Part shown: positions 46,717 to 58,700 of the stretch, one piece after another
Layout: the number at the start of each line of letters is the position of its first letter
How positions within the stretch are numbered: the first letter of the stretch is position 1
Assembly (NCBI GenBank): GCA_044892525.1
Contig: CM097885.1
Coordinates: 33,172,001-33,236,000, forward strand
DNA from: Schmidtea polychroa
Taxonomy: Eukaryota
DNA: 64,000 nucleotides
Direction of reading: 5' to 3'
Notes under the pieces: model-generated
Seen by the model: only the letters and a program-made list of their open reading frames with translations
What the model was told of the DNA's origin: nothing
Databases searched by the model: none
Program-made: the position numbers and the translations under genes

Positions 46717-48992
46717 TTAAATTTTGTTATTGATTTTTTTACTTCTATTTTCTATAGCGGTAATTCACCAAGGTAAATTATCGCTATATAGCTTTTTTAA
46801 TTAAAAAAAAATAAGTAAAAAACAAATGATTCTCCACGTGCAACGTGTGAGATTGCAATTCACATCCAAACCATTCAACCAACAAAAGACAAAAAATAAG
46901 GTATTACTATACATTACACTGCTTATAAGCATATAAAAATATTTTATATCAATATTAAAAGTTTATTTATTTTAAAAACAATATTAAAAATTAAAAAAAA
47001 ATATTTTAATTTGTGAAAATTTTATATATAAAATGATATCTTATTAAAAATTTGAAGAATAAAAATAAAAACATTTACTTCGAGTTTTATTAATTTAATA
47101 AATATTTACTGTAAGAAAATGAGGAAATTTTATTATTAGTTAATGAAAGGGAAATTTAGTACTGAAGGCTCAAATAGTTATAGTCTAATAAATACTGTAA
47201 AGATCCCCTTGTTTTAATCAATGTGTATTTTAATAAATTTAATTTTAATTTTAATTGATTTCCTATTAATGACTTGATTTTTTAATTTCATAAAAATATC
47301 GTAATACGACATTTATTTTAATTTTCCAAAAATATAAAAAATTCATTGTTACAAAATTGGCCCTCTGAAATAATGAAAAGCATATTTTATATTATTTGAC
47401 AACCGCAAAATTCGAAATATTATTGATAACTAATTAACACTTTCTTATCAGTTATTTAAAACTATATATAAACAAATTAAAATTTATTTTCATGATATTA
47501 ACAAGGATTGTTCAGAATATTTCAGAAATATTTTAACAAAAGCATGAATTTAATCCAAATCTTAAATCATATCATACAAAGTTTCTAACATCCGTAATGC
47601 AATTTATATGCACCTCATGCGCCTGAATACGATTGGTCAATAACAGTATAAATATAATTATAATATATTTTAGTAATGCAGGGTGACCAGAAATAACTTG
47701 GATAAACTTTACCAGTGATTTCCAAAAATGAGTTCAATAAAAACAAATAATATTTTTGAGAACTATAACAAAGGTCTAAAAATATAAATTGACATCAGTT
47801 TTCAAAATGCCCTACCTTCACCTTAACATATAGCTTAAGACGTTAGGTGAAATTCTTTGCAATGAGGTGAAATTCCGTTACTGTGATTTAATTTCATTCC
47901 CAAAGTAGTAAGCACTTGGGTATGCACTGCACACCCTGTCAAAATTATGAAAGATAATAATTTTCTGCAATAATAATATAATGCAATACCAATAATAATA
48001 TAATGTATACATTATACAACCAACAAAATGTTTTATATCAACACATTCAAATATTATGTTGACTTACTTGCTTGTATTCTGGCATTACGTACGGTACTAG
48101 GTTCTACACCACGTAGCTCAATAAAAAGCAAACGAACAATGAAATTATGATCATGTAATTGACGATTTTGTTAGTAATACGGATATACGTATGGATTTTT
48201 TGTACAAATATATAATAAAAAGTTATAGGCGTCTTTAATGTACATTTTTATGGTTTTTTATTATTGTTGTTGTTCTCTGCACACCCTGCGTGAAATCCCA
48301 CCGCACGCCACTGCAATAACCCCTCTGAAATCCCAAATTCATTAATCTCCTTTATTTCGGTTTTTATTATTTTTGTTCATAATTAACTTCAATTTATTTT
48401 TAACGAAATAATATTTAAACAATTAAAAATTAATTTAAAAAGTTAATAAATAAATAATAATTTAAAATTTTCATTATTTGTTAAAATTAATTTATTTATA
48501 ATTGATAAAATCTGACAAGAAATTTTATTTATGAAAAGCATGTCATGAAAATTATTTTTCGACTGGCAAAAGATAACAATAATTTAAATTTATTATGTAA
48601 ATTAATTTACGAAATAGGTTAAAAAAATGATCCAATTAAAAAGAAAATTCTATAAATTCTTAGTGTTTCATTAGGCATTCATATCTGTCAATATAAAACA
48701 GATTTATATATGTATATATATATAAAATTTCTAATCTGTAATTGTGGTTACTAATATCAAGCAAAAAACCAATCGCATTAAAACAATAATTATTACTACA
48801 AATCATATGACTGAGAAAAGTATTTTCAATCTGCTTAATGATTTGACAAACAAGAAAAAAATTGGTTTTATATTTCTCCCATTGTAATTAAATTTTTCTT
48901 CAATTTGAGAAAACAGAAATAAAAAAAAATTCATGATTATTGTTGAAAATATCAAAAAACGAAATGCACAATAATTTGTGCTAATTTCCCCA

Positions 48993-51098
48993 ATGTTGAT
49001 CGGCACTCGAATAATCAGGCCAATATTTATTTTAATTCTTGTAAAACCTTGTTTTTCTGTCAAAGGATGCACGGTCATTCTAAAAAACCAGCAATCGTCC
49101 ATGAAAAAAGCCGTTTGTAATATGCCAAATCAAATTCTCAAATCTATCCCAACAGATTTACCTGAAGCTTTAGTTGAATTGGAAATATCATTTCAGGATT
49201 TACAAACGATTTATAATAAGGAATTTATCCATTTACCGAAATTGGAATATCTCTCGATTGTCTCATCAAATGTCCAAACTATTCAAGAAGGAGCATTCAT
49301 TCAACTGTCGAACCTAAAATCTTTATCATTGTCTAATAATTCTTTAATCATTTCTACCGGAAATTCAATGAGTTTGTCAAAATATATTTTCTTTCCACTT
49401 CTCAGTTTAACAAAAGTCGATTTCTCATACAATAGCATTGGAAATATCCCTGATTTCTTTTTCAACCATGCCAATCAAACCTTGGAGAGTTTACACTTAT
49501 CACATTCTAAAACCGAGATTATATTAAGCCCGAGTAGTCTAATGTATATGACAAATTTAAAAATTATTAATTTAGAGTATTCACAAATGACTTCAATCAG
49601 CAGGGATGTTGAGGAGTCGTTTAATATCATGTCAAAACTCAAAGAAATATTACTAATAGGTAATTTGTGGAATTGTGACTGTCAATTGAGATGGTTTCTG
49701 TTGTGGATAATAAAACGAAATAATTTCCGAAACCAAATAAAAATGAATACAAAAGGTTTCAGTTGCAATAGTCCACCGGAAATAAGAAATTACGATATTT
49801 TCGGAAGGGATTTAAACAAAATATTAACCATGAAATTTCAGTGCATTCCAGAACCGATTACCTCGAATTCGACAGTTTCAATTTACACTGGTCACAACAT
49901 ATCTTTAACGTGCATTTTCAAAAATCTCGACGAAAAACACAAGATTTCCTGGGAAAATAAAGGAAATATTTTAACAACGAAAATCAGCTACAGAAGATTT
50001 ATCATCACAGAAATTAGTGGAAAATTTCGAAAATCTATTTTAACCATATTGAACATTTCCAAATTAGAAGAAGGAAGTTGGAAATGTTTTGTTGATTTTG
50101 ATAACAAACCGATTGGGATAGAATATTTTATAAATGTAGAATCAGAAAACAATTCAGAAAACTCACCGGTTTCCAACAGTCCCACCTCCAAAAATGCCAT
50201 AGTTTATGCTTCAGTCTCATCTTCATTAATTTTAATTTTTATAATCGCGCTAATCGTTGCTATTTATTATTGTAAATTCTACAAAGGGAATTTATTTTCT
50301 TTCAAATCCCGTCCTCGTTTCAATATAATTGCAAAACGTCAATCAAAAAACCATTTCTACAAAAATATCACACAAAAAACCCAAAATCCATATTCCATTT
50401 CCAAAGACTCGATAAAGCTGGAAGACAAAATCTACGATAATGTTCCAATATCATCTGGATTTTATATAAATTTCACAAAGAAAAAGAATGAACAAAACTT
50501 TTCAACTTTAAATTGTTTAGATTGTCAGAACTATGCAATTGTCGATGAGATTTTTACAGATAGTTCCAATCCTCATTTAAACAAAACAAAATCTCCCAGG
50601 TTCTGGTATTTAGATGATTCAGTTGATGGCATTGACTATATGCCGCCAGCCCCTGTTGATATCGGTAACGACTTGATGGCATCAGAAATATCAGACGGCG
50701 ATTCTGCATTTATCACAAGAATCCCAAGCAGGACACCTTGCCCTATTCATTCAAGTCACGCATCGATGAATAATTTAAAGAGATCACTATCAAATATTCA
50801 ACAAAATTCATTCAATCAAATCGATGAAATAGAACCTTGCCCGATTCATGGTAAAAAAAATTCACAGAATTCTTATTCGGTTCACTTTCGCATTCCTGAT
50901 CAACAGCTCAATTCTTCAAAAAATATTCCTAATTCAATAAAACCGAAAATTAAAACAAAATCAAATCAGTTTTGTAATTCATCGGAAAAATCGCACTCAA
51001 AAAATTATTTCCCCGTTTATTTATCCACTTTAGATATGCAAGTGAATGATGACACTCTTTATAGGCAATACTCTTGTTTAACTAATTCTGTCGTTTGA
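48993..51098 (+). CDS. Single-exon LRR + Ig type-I membrane protein (LIG/Kekkon-like host gene)
   Basis: Signal peptide, several LRRs, LRRCT GNLWNCDCQLRWF, Ig domain (LTC..W..LTI...EEGSWKC), TM helix, cytoplasmic tail ending NSVV. Confidence 0.88.
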   Translation: MLIGTRIIRPIFILILVKPCFSVKGCTVILKNQQSSMKKAVCNMPNQILKSIPTDLPEALVELEISFQDLQTIYNKEFIHLPKLEYLSIVSSNVQTIQEGAFIQLSNLKSLSLSNNSLIISTGNSMSLSKYIFFPLLSLTKVDFSYNSIGNIPDFFFNHANQTLESLHLSHSKTEIILSPSSLMYMTNLKIINLEYSQMTSISRDVEESFNIMSKLKEILLIGNLWNCDCQLRWFLLWIIKRNNFRNQIKMNTKGFSCNSPPEIRNYDIFGRDLNKILTMKFQCIPEPITSNSTVSIYTGHNISLTCIFKNLDEKHKISWENKGNILTTKISYRRFIITEISGKFRKSILTILNISKLEEGSWKCFVDFDNKPIGIEYFINVESENNSENSPVSNSPTSKNAIVYASVSSSLILIFIIALIVAIYYCKFYKGNLFSFKSRPRFNIIAKRQSKNHFYKNITQKTQNPYSISKDSIKLEDKIYDNVPISSGFYINFTKKKNEQNFSTLNCLDCQNYAIVDEIFTDSSNPHLNKTKSPRFWYLDDSVDGIDYMPPAPVDIGNDLMASEISDGDSAFITRIPSRTPCPIHSSHASMNNLKRSLSNIQQNSFNQIDEIEPCPIHGKKNSQNSYSVHFRIPDQQLNSSKNIPNSIKPKIKTKSNQFCNSSEKSHSKNYFPVYLSTLDMQVNDDTLYRQYSCLTNSVV

Positions 51099-51101
51099 AT
51101 A

Positions 51102-51292
<191 letters not shown>

Positions 51293-52521
51293 TGGAGTAA
51301 TTTTCTAATGTATCGCACATACAGATGATGTAAATGATGTTTTTAATATTTTAATAGTTTAACCTTTTTCAATTTATTTATAAACTTCTAATATTTCAAT
51401 TTCGTTAAGAAAGATAATTAAAATATTTTCCCATTTATCAAAATAGAAAGAAAAATAAGTAAACCAGTCAAAAATGAAATTTTCAAATAATTATTCATAT
51501 AGTAGTATTTTTCTTTGAAAAATGATATATATTAATTATTAAAAACATATTTCATAAAAAATGTATTTAATTATTTATATTTTTGCCTAAAAGGTTTAGT
51601 AAAGATGAATAATTTTGAGAAAATAAATGGTTTCAAATGGGACTTTGAAATTAATTGTACACAGAATTTAATTATTATTATTTTTTATTACTATAACGTA
51701 TTTATTCCACGTGATAAATTTTAGTTTTTTACAGTAACTTTCATTGTTTACCGTCCTAGGACAGCTACTTAAACTGAAGTAATATATTTAGGTCTCAAAA
51801 TAGCCAATTTACGACGAATATACTTGTTTTAGTTTAAAAATATAATTTTATTTCTAATGATTGTGAGCACTACGAGTATTGTGAATTTGTGATTCCATAT
51901 AAAGAAAACTTATTTTCGTTGTTTTAAGTGTTTCATTTATTTGATTTTCAGCGTCAATAATCATTATTGTCTTTGAAGTTATAATGTATAAGAATTATTT
52001 GTTTTTATTATTGAAAAATCGATAGTTAATATGCCATAAAACCATAAATTATGAATAAAATGTCATTAATTAAATAAATGTTTTAATTACAAATAGAATT
52101 ATAAATAATTAATTCCAATATCAAAGAGACCATATTACTTATAATTAAGGAAAAAGATTAAAAGATAATTAATTATTAGGACACTAAATCAAAAAAGACT
52201 AAGTTTAAAATTATAAATATTTTAAGAAAGGTTCTAACAAAATTTGTACAAATAAAACATTACATGTTTTAATAAAAATGACAATAATTTTTATAATAAT
52301 TTTTATTATAATATTTTAATAGCAATTTATGTTATCAAAATAAAGTAAATTATATTAATAATAAAGATATATAAATAATAATTACATTTGTAATAATTTT
52401 CATAGTAATTTATATCAACTAGCTGCTATTTTCAGTTTTGAAATTTCTATTTTTGGTAAAAACCTTTCCCAACATAGAAAAGCTTCTTTCACCGGCCACA
52501 GTTGTGGGCAAACATTTATAT

Positions 52522-54887
52522 CAGGGGTGCCCACTAATTTTTCTAGGAGAGCTACATTCACATCCAAAATGTGTATGCGATCTACTTTTTTAATACTTAC
52601 ATAATATTTACCTACAATGCAATAAATTCATCACAATAAAACAAATATATGTCAAAATATGGAAAATTAAACTATATAACTATTTATTATAAAAAAATGT
52701 AACTTAGGAAATCAAATTTAATGAAAATTATTTTTATATAGAACTTTTCGATATTGATGCTCTACATTGGGTTGAATCCACTAGATTTTTGTAGTTTGGG
52801 ATATAAGTGCTAAGACAACTTCTTAGGCTGGATTCCAAATGGTCATCTGTTAATGTTGCTCGGTACTTTGACTTTATAATTTTCATATGTGAAAATGCAG
52901 ACTCACATAAATAAGTTGAACCAAAAAATGATACTAAATTTTCGAAGCATTTTTTCAAGTTTGAATATTTATCCTCTGATAGATATTTCCATACATTTGG
53001 TTCGGAAGATCTTGATTTAATGAAGATATCATTTTGAAGTGTGATTATTTCCATTTCAAGTATAGGGATATCCATTTTAAACAAAGTTGAAATTGAATCT
53101 GCAACAATTTCTGGTTTTATTTTTGGATTAAACGGAAAGGACATAAATGCAGCCACAATTTCAAGTTTCTTGAAGTCTTGAAAACGTCTCTCGAACTCTA
53201 AAACCAAACTTTTGATCTGTTCCGCATATCTCGTAATATTAAAGTTGACATTTTCAGATTCTTTTAATTGTGACAACATATTTGGAAAATAACTTAAATT
53301 TTTGTCTTCTATTTTGGTAATAAGTAAATGAAGCTTTTGTATAAATGCATTGAATGAACTTATCATATCGAATATCAATTTATCCTTACCTTGTAAGTCG
53401 AGATTTAATTCATTCAGAATTGCAGTAATATCTACTAAAAATGCCAAATCCAAGAGTCAAACATCATCTTCCAATTGCTTGAACTCATCACCTCTTGCGG
53501 CAAGGAGCAACTTAATCTCAGAAAGCAAATCTCTAAATCTTTGTAAGAATTTTCCTCTATTTAGCCACCTTACATCTGAATGCATCAGTAATTCAGCAGG
53601 ACCTTCGCTATTACTTTCTTCAATTTGTAATTTGAAAAGTCGTCTCTGAAGACTTCTTGCACGAATCGAGTTAGCAATTTTGAATGTTATTTCCAAAATG
53701 TCTCTCATATTCAGAATTTTAGCACACAAGGCTTGTTGATGAATAATACAGTGGTAGGAAAGAAAATCTGGGAATTCACAATCATTCCTACAATATGCTA
53801 TAAATCCGTTGTGACGCCCTGTCATAGCTGGTGCGCCATCTGTTGTTATTGATACAAGCTTACAAATTTGGAGCTGAATGCTGTTGGCATAAGCTTTAAA
53901 ATTCTGAAATATATCCTCACCTCGAGTTTTACTTTTGAGTGGTATAATTGTTAATAATTCTTCCTTCGTAGAAAAATCTTTAAAGACCATTCGAATAAAA
54001 ATTATAAGCTGCGAAATATCAGCCGCATCAGTTGATTCGTCTGCTTGCAATGAAAATGCGGTACAATTTCCTATGTCTAACATTAACTGATTTTTTAAAT
54101 TGGTACTTATTTTTTGGACTCTCCGTGTAACTGTATTACGGGACAATTGCATATCAGTAATAGCAGAAATTATATCTGATTTATTTTTAAAATCACAAAA
54201 TAATGATTCTGCCGCTTCTAAAATTGCTTCTTTTACAATTACTCCATCACTAAAAGATTTCTTATTTTTTGCCAGAATGTAGCTTACTCGGAAAGATGCA
54301 GCTGTAGCTGACTTTGATTTGGATGTTAGCTTCGTAAAAAATGACTGTTGAAAAGAAATGCATGTTTTCAGTTCCATGATTTTAGACTTGCGTAGTTCAC
54401 TGTCAAGTGGATAATCAACTGCAAAATTCTTATGAATTGTCTTGAAATGCCTTTCCAAATTCCCTCTTTTTGGTAATGAAATAGTAGCTTTACAAATTAA
54501 TCAACAACATTTACCTTTAATCATTACAAAAAAGTACTCCTTCTCCATTTCTTCGCTATAATGATAAGTCTTGGCTTTTTTATTTAGCATTTTTTTATTT
54601 AGCATTTTTTATTTAGCATTTTTAAACAAAATTAATTTAACAAAAAAGCTTAAGAAAATTTTTCACTTTGTTACACCAAAATTTTTTTATTTAGCATTTT
54701 TAAACAAAATTAATTTAACAAAAATGCTTAAGAAAATTTTTCACTTTGTTACACAAAAATTTAAGCATAAAACAGAAATTTTATATTAAATCTAAATTTA
54801 TATAAAAAATATTTTTTTTATGAAGATCTACTAAAAAATCCTTCGCGATCTACCGGTAGATCGCGATCGACCTTATGGGCACCCCTA
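52522..54887 (-). mobile_element. hAT transposon, Buster/Charlie/SPIN group, ~2.4 kb
   Basis: TIRs CAGGGGTGCCCA / TGGGCACCCCTA; subterminal palindrome CGCGATCTACCGGTAGATCGCG; no matching TSD. Confidence 0.82.
52734..54590 (-). pseudogene. Buster-type (GTF2IRD2/EPM2AIP1-like) transposase with two in-frame stops
   Basis: BED-like CC*LIC..RHF..H, LSRNTV, DESTD, TTDGAPAM, HCIIHQ, VRWL, FGSTYLCESAFS; stops near 54502 and at 53457. Confidence 0.88.
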
Positions 54888-55055
54888 GTTACTAGCAGTT
54901 TTAAACTATCTAAATGCAGAAAACATATATAATCATGTGTTATATATAAAGACCAACAATGTTATTAATTTTATAATTAAAATAATCATGACTTCCGATA
55001 AAATATGGCTGCTTTTAATGAAGAAATTTATGAATCAAGCAATATAATCGAGGAT

Positions 55056-55235
55056 AAATGTTCTTTTGAATCTGATGACTCAATGGAAATGGGAAATACC
55101 AAATGTTCTTTTGAATCTGATAACTCAATGGAAATGGGAAATACCAAATGTTCTTTTGAATCTGATAACTCAATGGAAATGGGGAATACCAAATGTTCTT
55201 TTGAATTTGATAACTCAATGGAAATGGGAAATACT
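55056..55235 (+). repeat. 45-bp tandem repeat x4 encoding KCSFESDNSMEMGNT
   Basis: Unit starts at 55056, 55101, 55146, 55191. Confidence 0.9.
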
Positions 55236-55325
55236 ACCAACGAAACTGATGGTTCCTTTTTTATGACCCCAAGATATCCTGATAACGTTAATGGTGTTTT
55301 TGGCCAACTAATATCAAATTTATTT

Positions 55326-55720
55326 GGTGGATTGCTTTCCGTTGGTATTCGAGGCAATAATTGTGATGTAGTAGCTACACAAAGAAAAGTTCCAGATGAA
55401 ATGATTGAGAAGAGTTCAGCTACAAGATTGTTTAATATTACTGAAAGTACTGGAGGTGTTATGACTGGTATGATCCCTGATTGTCGATCTCAAGTATGTC
55501 GTGCACAAATGGAAGCTGCTCGATTTAAATATAAAATGGATATGAAATGCCTCGTGACAGAATATGTCGTTGTATTGCGGATATAAATCAGCTTTACACC
55601 CAATCGGCTGAGATGCGACCATTAATTTGTTCAATGATAGCATTATCTTATCATATTGAAATGGACAAACCGTTATTATTCAAAACTGATCCCAGTGGCT
55701 TTGTAGCTGTAATCAAGTGT
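55326..55720 (+). pseudogene. PSMA6: Proteasome subunit alpha type-6 (alpha1) fragment, frameshifted
   Basis: GLLSVGIRG..VVATQRKVPD...VMTGMIPDCRSQV.RA..EAA.FKYK then, out of frame, IADINQLYTQSAEMRPL...KTDPSG; lacks the normal N- and C-termini. Confidence 0.8.
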
Positions 55721-56938
55721 TGCTTTATGAAAAACAATTTGGATGTTTTTAGTGTTAATAAAAATGATCTGATGCTTGTTAAATTTAAACACAATGCAAG
55801 ATAAATAAAGTCATCATAATATAAAAGGAATAATTAACAAAGATAAAAAATATTTTTCTTTCGATGCTCTCCAACACATCAAAAATTAATATTTTCATAA
55901 AAAACGTTTTAATTAAAAAATATATTTTAAATTTATATGAAATAATTTGTTTCCTCTTTCTGGCGATATCTAAATTACAAAATTAGAAAATTGTTGGGTT
56001 ACTGAGTTGGTGACAATATTTGTAAATTCAAGCTTTTACTCTGACTCCAAAGCGTGTTTATTAATTCACAAGTCAACACTCTCGAACACGATAAGCTTTT
56101 TTGATATCCACACGGGATTCTACAAATTTCAATTACAACCAATTAACTATAAACCAATTTATCACACAGAGCTTATTTCGACACTACGTGAAGAATAGTC
56201 CTTTCTGTAATCACAACAATAATCACTAGCCGTCAACTACTCAATTACAGGGTACGTTGATCGATTGTTCTCTTTGCTTGGACCACACAATTTATTTACC
56301 ACACTTCCACTTTATGTTCAATTTTACAAAAGATTCTCGTCACTTCTCATTTCACTCTGTTTTTGATTCTTCTTTTTAACTCTTTTAGTCTCTAATTTCG
56401 TTCTGTTTTTGTTCTACATTTTGCTCTACTTTTTTCTCTGATTTCTAGATCAAAACATATTTCCTGCGAAATTCCCAAATACTAAAATAATTTTTCTCAT
56501 ATAATTATTTGACCATTCGAATCATAAAATAACTTTTTTTGACTAAGCCTGAAAAAGATTTTGCAATGACTTTTTTCTTTGTAATATCTTTTAAATGACT
56601 TATAGTATGACTCATTGACTCATACCTGAATGTTTGCCGACTCATGCCGCACCATATGAGCTATCGCTTGGATGAATCATGATTTTATTCAGCCGATCAA
56701 AATTCACTGTGCTAAATACTTCAATTCTCATTACTATATCAATTCAAAACTACAAAATTACAAAAAAATCAATTACAAATTAAAGACAACAGAAGGTAGA
56801 AAAAGAAAAATGTCAGTATGGTAGTAAAATATTAATTATAAAATTTAATTCAATTGAAAAATGTAGAACAATAATTATTGATGATTCAAGTATTATTTTT
56901 GAAAATTTTATTTTGTTGAATAATAAAATGACTCAAGG

Positions 56939-57278
56939 CAAAGACGTCTTTAGAAATTTGTCGCCCTTGTGCTATAAACTATAATGCGCCCCTAAAAAAA
57001 CAATTTTTACAAAAATATATTATGTTTATTAATAATATTACACATTATTGCATATACATATATTAATATTATATATTACATCATTTTATTTCAATGACTA
57101 GGATAACAAACGAACAAAAAAAACAATAAAAAATTAATATTAAATTAACATTAGCTTACAAAAATTCAACAGTTTAATGTTTCAATTTTTTTTCAATTTT
57201 ATCAAATTTATGGCTTTTATAAAATTTACGGCGCCCCCTGTCCTTAGCACAGTTAGCACAATGGAAGAGACGGCGCTG
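56939..57278. mobile_element. Non-autonomous hAT element (MITE), 340 bp
   Basis: Imperfect TIRs CAAAGACGTCT / AGACGGCGCTG; TSD ACTCAAGG / ACTCAAGA (7 of 8); subterminal GCGCCCC motifs like the hAT at 8831. Confidence 0.7.
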
Positions 57279-58129
57279 ACTCAAGAGTAGATTTTGGATT
57301 TTAATAAATTTATATTCAGAAACTAAGTGTTTTTGGTTAACAGTTATTATTTGACTATCTTCTAATAATGAAAGTTGCATTAAAGACTTAAAGACAATAA
57401 TAAAATGAAATATTTTCTAACGTTTTTCTAAATACTGACGGTATATTTTATGTTAAATATTTCATTTAAATTTTAACAAAAGATTTCGTGGCATTTAATA
57501 AAATATTTGCATTACATTACCATATTTTAATTGTTAATTTTTACTTTGATATTTTATTATATTTAATAATACCTTTGAAAAGAACAGTAAATTATAATAA
57601 TTAAATGTTTCAAATTTTTATTGCGTTTCAAATTGATTGATAAAATTTACTATTGTTAACACAATGATAAATAAATTTTAATTACAAATATATGAAATAA
57701 CAAAATTAAATTTAAATTCTTTTTGTTGAAAATTTAAAATTAGCTATATGTGAAAATTAAAATTCAACATTTTTCTGCAAAATATGAGTTTACTAATTTA
57801 TCAAGAAATATAAATAGAATTTATGTGAAATTATAAATTTAACAGTAGAATCCGTTTATTTTTTGTTCGCTTTTGATTTGTTTTTGCTTTCTTATAACAT
57901 TTCATATATTTTCATTGCTATTTTAGATCAATTTTCAATTTATGTAATATAGATTTCTACATTGTTATAAAAAAACACAAAACAAATTTTATTTCAATAA
58001 ATATCCATACCGGTTAGGGCTGAAGGGGAGAGATTCTCACCCTTAAAATTCTAAAGCTTCTTTCTTTAAACTTTAAACGATAAGCCGGGGCTCAATCGTT
58101 AGAACGTGGTAATTGGAGTTGTAATCTGC

Positions 58130-58700
58130 TTAGCAGTCAACAATAAGCATGGCAAACCATGACCATTGGAATATACTTGGTTGTCACTTGATTTATGACA
58201 TTCATCACTGTTGATGAATTGGATGTCGATCTTATTTTAGGTATTTCGTAGGATTTCATTGTTTGATGAATAATTAGACTTCTGACATCTATAGGCAGCG
58301 ATTCAGGACAATGGATTTCAGAACTTCGGACATTCATAGACAGCTAAGCTTTTTAAGATTTAACACAATTCAATCCGCATCCAATAGGAAGGCTTCAGGA
58401 CATCACCGTTGAATTAGGCCACAAAGGATATTAGGTGGTTGGAGTAAAAAGACTCCTAGGCGATGTATATAACGGAAATAATGAAATACATAATATAATA
58501 GATAGATAGAGTTGTTAAGGAGTGGTTAAAGATATGTGCAGGTGTCTCAGGATGAGCATGACAATGCCTGCAAAGAATAGATTTTTTGGTTTTAAGGCGG
58601 TGAGGCGAGTAGTTAAGTTTCAAGATGTTATTACGAGCCCGTATTAAGAAGAGAAATTGAGTATGTTATTACATTTCTTCGATAAAGATTTTGGAGATAT
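58130..58700 (-). pseudogene. Relic of an R2/NeSL-type (RLE) non-LTR retrotransposon C-terminus
   Basis: FLIRARNNIL...CRHCHAHPETPAHIFNH, a CCHC knuckle-like motif; heavily decayed. Confidence 0.45.

Noticed and set aside
47670..48313. Possible Tc1-like and hAT MITE ends (CAGGGTG...; ...GCACGCCACTG)
   Set aside because: Could not pair the termini or find TSDs
52514..54895. TSD for the Buster-type hAT
   Set aside because: Flanks ATTTATAT and GTTACTAG do not match
55990..56790. Possible solo LTR
   Set aside because: TG...CA ends are plausible but no TSD, PBS or PPT could be confirmed
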